DNA of 20,000 nt, from the IMG/VR virus record IMGVR_UViG_3300026549_001205. One strand, 5' to 3'. Made by a program: the position numbers and the translations under genes. Origin of the DNA: an uncultured virus (IMG/VR IMGVR_UViG_3300026549_001205) (taxonomy: Duplodnaviria; Heunggongvirae; Uroviricota; Caudoviricetes). Shown piece after piece: positions 17,701 through 20,000 of the stretch. Every line of letters begins with the position of its first letter. Within the stretch, counting starts at the first letter, position 1. Below the pieces are notes generated by a model. It saw only the letters and a program-made list of their open reading frames with translations. It did not search any database and was not told where the DNA came from.

Positions 17701-18306
17701 CAGAAGAGCCTTTGCTCTTGTCTGGGCCCAGTTGCGGCCGGAGAATTCTTCGAACTTGGCGATGAAATCCTGCAGCTTTCCTTCGTTATCGAGTGTACGC
17801 TCCAGATCTGCCACCCAGGGAGAAGTGCCACAATAGCCTACGGACTCATTGAACGCCCTGAGCATGATATCCATAATGGCTTGTGTGCGGCTTTTGGAAT
17901 CAGACTTTGCTTTACTATCAATATTGAAAAGCACTACCTTATTCTTCGCCTTTGCACAGGTCTTCAAGTCGGCCAGTACCATCTGGTCTTTAATCTTGTC
18001 ATTAAAATATTCAACGGCAGGCTGACCCGCAACTTCCTCATTCTCCAGGATGTATCCGAGGATCTTCAGGAAGTGAGATTTACCGGATCCAAAGAAGCCC
18101 GTAATCCAGACACCGATCTTCTCTGTCGGATGATTGATAGACTCACGATAGCGGCGGAAGAATGTACGCATACTCTTCGTGATCTCATCCGTGCATACGT
18201 ACTCCTCGAGTTCCTGCCACTTTTGTTCTTCGTCTTCATTACCGATTGTGACGACACCCTGGATGGACCTGGAAATATCCTTCTTAAACAGATCTTTAAT
18301 AATCAT
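14785..18306 (-). CDS. brxC: BREX BrxC P-loop ATPase
   Basis: Likely ATG at 18306 (AAGGAG SD; MIIKDLFKKDISRSIQGVV). Walker A WITGFFGSGKSH, Walker B FLMDEVGQF, WVVVTSQ, FSKIQGRF, YPFVSYQF, PYGW. Confidence 0.95.
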   Translation of the reverse strand: MIIKDLFKKDISRSIQGVVTIGNEDEEQKWQELEEYVCTDEITKSMRTFFRRYRESINHPTEKIGVWITGFFGSGKSHFLKILGYILENEEVAGQPAVEYFNDKIKDQMVLADLKTCAKAKNKVVLFNIDSKAKSDSKSRTQAIMDIMLRAFNESVGYCGTSPWVADLERTLDNEGKLQDFIAKFEEFSGRNWAQTRAKALLNRDYIIKALVASRGMSEESAKKFIEDQTRNFTNTTEEFAKIVDEYCRKNKTRVIFLMDEVGQFIGDNTQLMLNLQTCVEDLGKFARGQAWVVVTSQQELKAMIDATSDKQQDFSKIQGRFDTRLLLSGANADEVIKRRILEKKDEAATPLKAVFDANSSKLSNLILFQAKPTWSGYKDAEEFKDVYPFVSYQFELLQKVFEAIREHGMSEGRHLSQNERSLLSAFQNSAKAVADQESGILVPFDSFYSTIEEFIDYDIKTVFSNAERRTSLDAFAIRVLRVLFMIKHVKEMPATIDRLATLMVDNINADKAALKSKILNALQQLEEETLIQKNGDEYDFLTNAEQDVNRQIINSAYNEGEVKRTIFDIIYDKVLESNKYRYEGRYDFGLNRYVDDEIKGAFSQEHITIKVMTNFSGLRQDTEFGAESVRSNSIVVDLTEGSFIDELIRANKIATFKRNNSASMSAALTEIMSKKSAEYSDRLKRAEDIIRASLRTAPIYLSGARIDIKQKDGKDRLQDALKEMVGHDYFKLSLVSYFYQDQRSILTMLNDNQMTLTGDDLSGDVNKNAYDEICGKIKDDLGLHRKVTVKSLLDFFTKKPYGWRDIDIQGMVGVLWKHHKIQILIHDNEVDERNSSFKNDLVHKTNTDTMVVRLQVKIDEQVLYSVKRIMNDVYSENIPLEETKLKEGVIAFFTRKRDFLSGLKQKYGSSYAGCTVAAEIYKDFDAILHSSDTLSVFNEIIARKDNLEDNAETLEQLEAFYKDGSNQQKNYQDGKKICEWYAQNCSLQDLSKLEPIVTQMNEIIGMEMPFTRMNDLANLVFQASTVKAEIIEDKLKAIKQRIEADRDTVSRELLEALKADLNDEQKDRLQAKADEIADQYSGWLDSLTVQTSNMDSYVTASAGTVSGFRRFITDVMNEGGEPSVRIKHIRIIECVPTINKKVTSRDDVEKVVDAIRQKLLSELEGNDEIDLG

Positions 18307-18904
18307 TTGCAGCTGTTCTCCTTTCAACCAGCGGGAAAGCCCGGTAATAATTGTCGTCATCGAGTCTTTCGAATAGCTTCAGTGTCATTTTTTCTTTTAT
18401 CTCGTATCTTCCCGGATACATCATAACGACTGGATTTCTCCGGAAGATGCTCTGCAGGTTGTTCAGGATTGTATGACTCCTGATAACCGGAAAGGCCTTC
18501 CCGACACCTGTGATCAACACGATGCTCTTTCCGTCATCGGCGACGCCTTCCTTGAATTTATCGAGGAATGCATTCTCTTCTTCCTCAACGGACAGAAGCG
18601 GCTGAAATACCTCTCGCAGGAGCAGATCTTTGTCATATTCCGCCTCCATTCGGAGCACGTCTTCCATGTATCCTTCAGATTCGATAATATCCAGCATCAT
18701 TTCGTAGAGATCGAACTCAACGATTGCCGGATTCCGGTCCTTCAGTTTCTTTACTTCCTTGCGTACCAGAAGTTCATCTTTTGGAGCGTAGTCAAAGATG
18801 TAAAACCTCAGATCATTTGCCGTGCCATATTTTGTCAGTGCATCAACGCTGATCATCCTGTCTTCCAGGTCGATGAATCTTTCGTTTAATGATCTTTCCG
18901 CCAT
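18296..18904 (-). CDS. brxB: BREX BrxB (DUF1788)
   Basis: Likely ATG at 18904. FYIFDYAPKDE, LITGVGKAFPVIRSHTILNNL, PVVMMYPGRY, LF...DDNYYRAF. Lies between brxA and brxC. Confidence 0.92.
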   Translation of the reverse strand: MAERSLNERFIDLEDRMISVDALTKYGTANDLRFYIFDYAPKDELLVRKEVKKLKDRNPAIVEFDLYEMMLDIIESEGYMEDVLRMEAEYDKDLLLREVFQPLLSVEEEENAFLDKFKEGVADDGKSIVLITGVGKAFPVIRSHTILNNLQSIFRRNPVVMMYPGRYEIKEKMTLKLFERLDDDNYYRAFPLVERRTAANDY

Positions 18905-18905
18905 A

Positions 18906-19511
18906 TCAGTCACCACCTAACATTGCTTTCAGATAATCCTTGTCGCCGATTAACTCGATATGTTCTTCAACTGCTGGATGGATCATCACACGGTTCACGA
19001 TGATATTTTTCTTCTCCCTCCTGCCAAATCCAGAATCCACCAGGATATTTCGATATCCCTTCGTAAGGCAATCCAGTGTGAACTTTCCCCATTTAGCAAC
19101 AATTAGATCAGTCTGCTTTTTACTTGCGAAGAACTCATCGAAGTCGTCCATAGATAAGTATTTTCTGTTTTCGCTCATAAGAGCGTCTCTGTACTTTTCA
19201 AAGAGGAAATCGAAGAACAATGAATCAGTTTTAGCAATGGCGTAAACAAGAATAAATTTTGATGTGGCAACATCAGCGTTATAGAACTGGTTGAGGAGGA
19301 ATTCATCCAGCGCACATAAACGGTTGTAGAGAACATTTGTGATCTCGCGTCTACGCTCCAGGGATTCAACCTCTATGAAATTCTCATCAAAGCAACGGTG
19401 ATAAATCTCATCTCGATCAAGCCCATCCAGCATCAGCTTTGCGATCTTCTTCGCGATAGGATACTTGAACGGAGTTTTCTTGATGGCTGATGAGTAGGGT
19501 TTTCTATTCAT
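18906..19511 (-). CDS. brxA: BREX BrxA (DUF1819, DNA-binding)
   Basis: 201 aa. YSSAI, ENF..., LYNRL, YAIAKTDSLFFDFL, W...T...L...YRNILVDSG. First gene of the operon, with a TAAGGAG RBS. Confidence 0.88.
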   Translation of the reverse strand: MNRKPYSSAIKKTPFKYPIAKKIAKLMLDGLDRDEIYHRCFDENFIEVESLERRREITNVLYNRLCALDEFLLNQFYNADVATSKFILVYAIAKTDSLFFDFLFEKYRDALMSENRKYLSMDDFDEFFASKKQTDLIVAKWGKFTLDCLTKGYRNILVDSGFGRREKKNIIVNRVMIHPAVEEHIELIGDKDYLKAMLGGD

Positions 19512-19581
19512 TAGCGCAATTCTCCTTAATATATATGAAGGGCATAGATGCCCTCAATTTTAGTTTTCCGATTATAAGAAA

Positions 19582-19610
19582 ATATTATCAGAAAATTAAT
19601 GGCGAGTCAA
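19582..19610 (-). promoter_or_regulatory. Probable sigma-A promoter for the BREX operon
   Basis: Minus strand TTGACT-17 nt-TAATAT with an extended -10 TG, about 70 bp upstream of brxA. A second TATAAT lies at 19571-19576. Confidence 0.6.
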
Positions 19611-19681
19611 CAAAAAGCGTTCCTTTTGAAATGCAGTTTGTGCGTTTTTGAAAAATCCCGTTTTCAAGTCGTTATCATTTC

Positions 19682-19730
19682 TAAGGTCTCAGCCACCTAA
19701 AATCGCCAAATCAGTAGTTATAAGGTCTCA
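19682..19730. repeat. 10-bp direct repeat TAAGGTCTCA (two copies, 39 bp apart)
   Basis: Exact copies at 19682-19691 and 19721-19730. Confidence 0.6.
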
Positions 19731-19744
19731 CAAGCTGTCGGAGC

Positions 19745-19813
19745 AAAAAAATAAGGGATTCCTGGTCTCCCGTCACGCCGATTTGCTCGGGTGCGGAATT
19801 GCAAGAATCCCTT
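19745..19813 (-). terminator. Terminator-like stem-loop downstream of rlmD
   Basis: Minus strand AAGGGATTCTTG...CAGGAATCCCTT (12 bp with one G-U pair, large loop containing an internal hairpin) followed by ATTTTTTT. Confidence 0.6.
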
Positions 19814-19839
19814 GATTTAGCGCCTTTTCAGGCCAATTT

Positions 19840-20000
19840 TCAATTATGTCTTTCCATCAGTACAACGGTCTCAACGTGTTCAGTGAAGGGGAACATGTCA
19901 AAGGGATATGCCTTGTTGGCTGCATAACCGAGCTTTTTGAACAATCGAAGGTCCCGCGCTAACGTATCCGGGCCGCAGGAGATGTAAACCACCTTTTTCG
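19840..20000 (-). CDS. rlmD: 23S rRNA (uracil-C5)-methyltransferase RlmD/RumA (TrmA family), 3' end only
   Basis: My translation is KKVVYISCGPDTLARDLRLFKKLGYAANKAYPFDMFPFTEHVETVVLMERHN*. It contains the family motifs VYISC.P.TLARDL and DMFP.T.HVE. Confidence 0.9.
   Translation of the reverse strand, partial: KKVVYISCGPDTLARDLRLFKKLGYAANKAYPFDMFPFTEHVETVVLMERHN

Larger units (their letters stand above)
1..19870 (-). mobile_element. Left arm of a prophage-like element integrated at the 3' end of rlmD/rumA, carrying BREX and ABC-3C as cargo
   Basis: Defence genes begin right after rlmD and are followed by the sigma/DUF2800/DUF2815 early module typical of Bacillota prophages (phi-m46.1/phi-SsUD.1-like, which insert in rumA). 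The integrase and other att site are not in the window, so the boundary is approximate. Confidence 0.7.

Noticed and set aside
18307..18360. Longer ORF-track starts for brxC (18360), and likewise brxB (18916), the ABC-3C first gene (6612) and the sigma gene (2742)
   Set aside because: Downstream ATGs have properly spaced SD sequences and match the expected family N-termini.
157..19245. Numerous + strand ORFs (e.g. 157-579, 6005-6547, 7163-7765, 7958-8644, 17881-18426)
   Set aside because: They are antisense shadows of well-supported minus-strand genes and show no recognisable motifs.
19512..19839. BrxR/WYL regulator or integrase upstream of brxA
   Set aside because: The ~330-bp interval has no ORF of adequate size.

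Overview
Almost everything is on the minus strand. Read from right to left, the window holds the 3' end of a host 23S rRNA m5U methyltransferase gene (rlmD/rumA), which is a known integration target, and then the left arm of a probable integrated prophage-like element. The arm carries a complete type 1 BREX operon (brxA-brxB-brxC-pglX-pglZ-brxL). It is followed after only 25 bp by an ABC three-component (ABC-3C/Lamassu-family) trio: a CTD-bearing protein, a middle component and an SMC/Rad50-like ATPase. Two tandem terminators separate these defence genes from a ~500-bp, highly structured control region. That region has four CCATAT-type repeats at exact 11-bp spacing, a 20-bp direct repeat, two six-codon uORFs, and mutually exclusive RNA helices that cover or expose the ribosome-binding site of a sigma-70 region-4 gene. 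Two small phage proteins, a DUF2800 Cas4-like nuclease and a DUF2815 ssDNA-binding protein follow, the last truncated by the window edge. Gene content and RBS style suggest a Bacillota host (inference). The most interesting leads are the ABC-3C 'effector', which has no recognisable toxic domain and may act as a regulator of the adjacent phage early promoter, and the RNA switch in the sigma-gene leader. All family calls come from motif recognition by eye; no searches were run.
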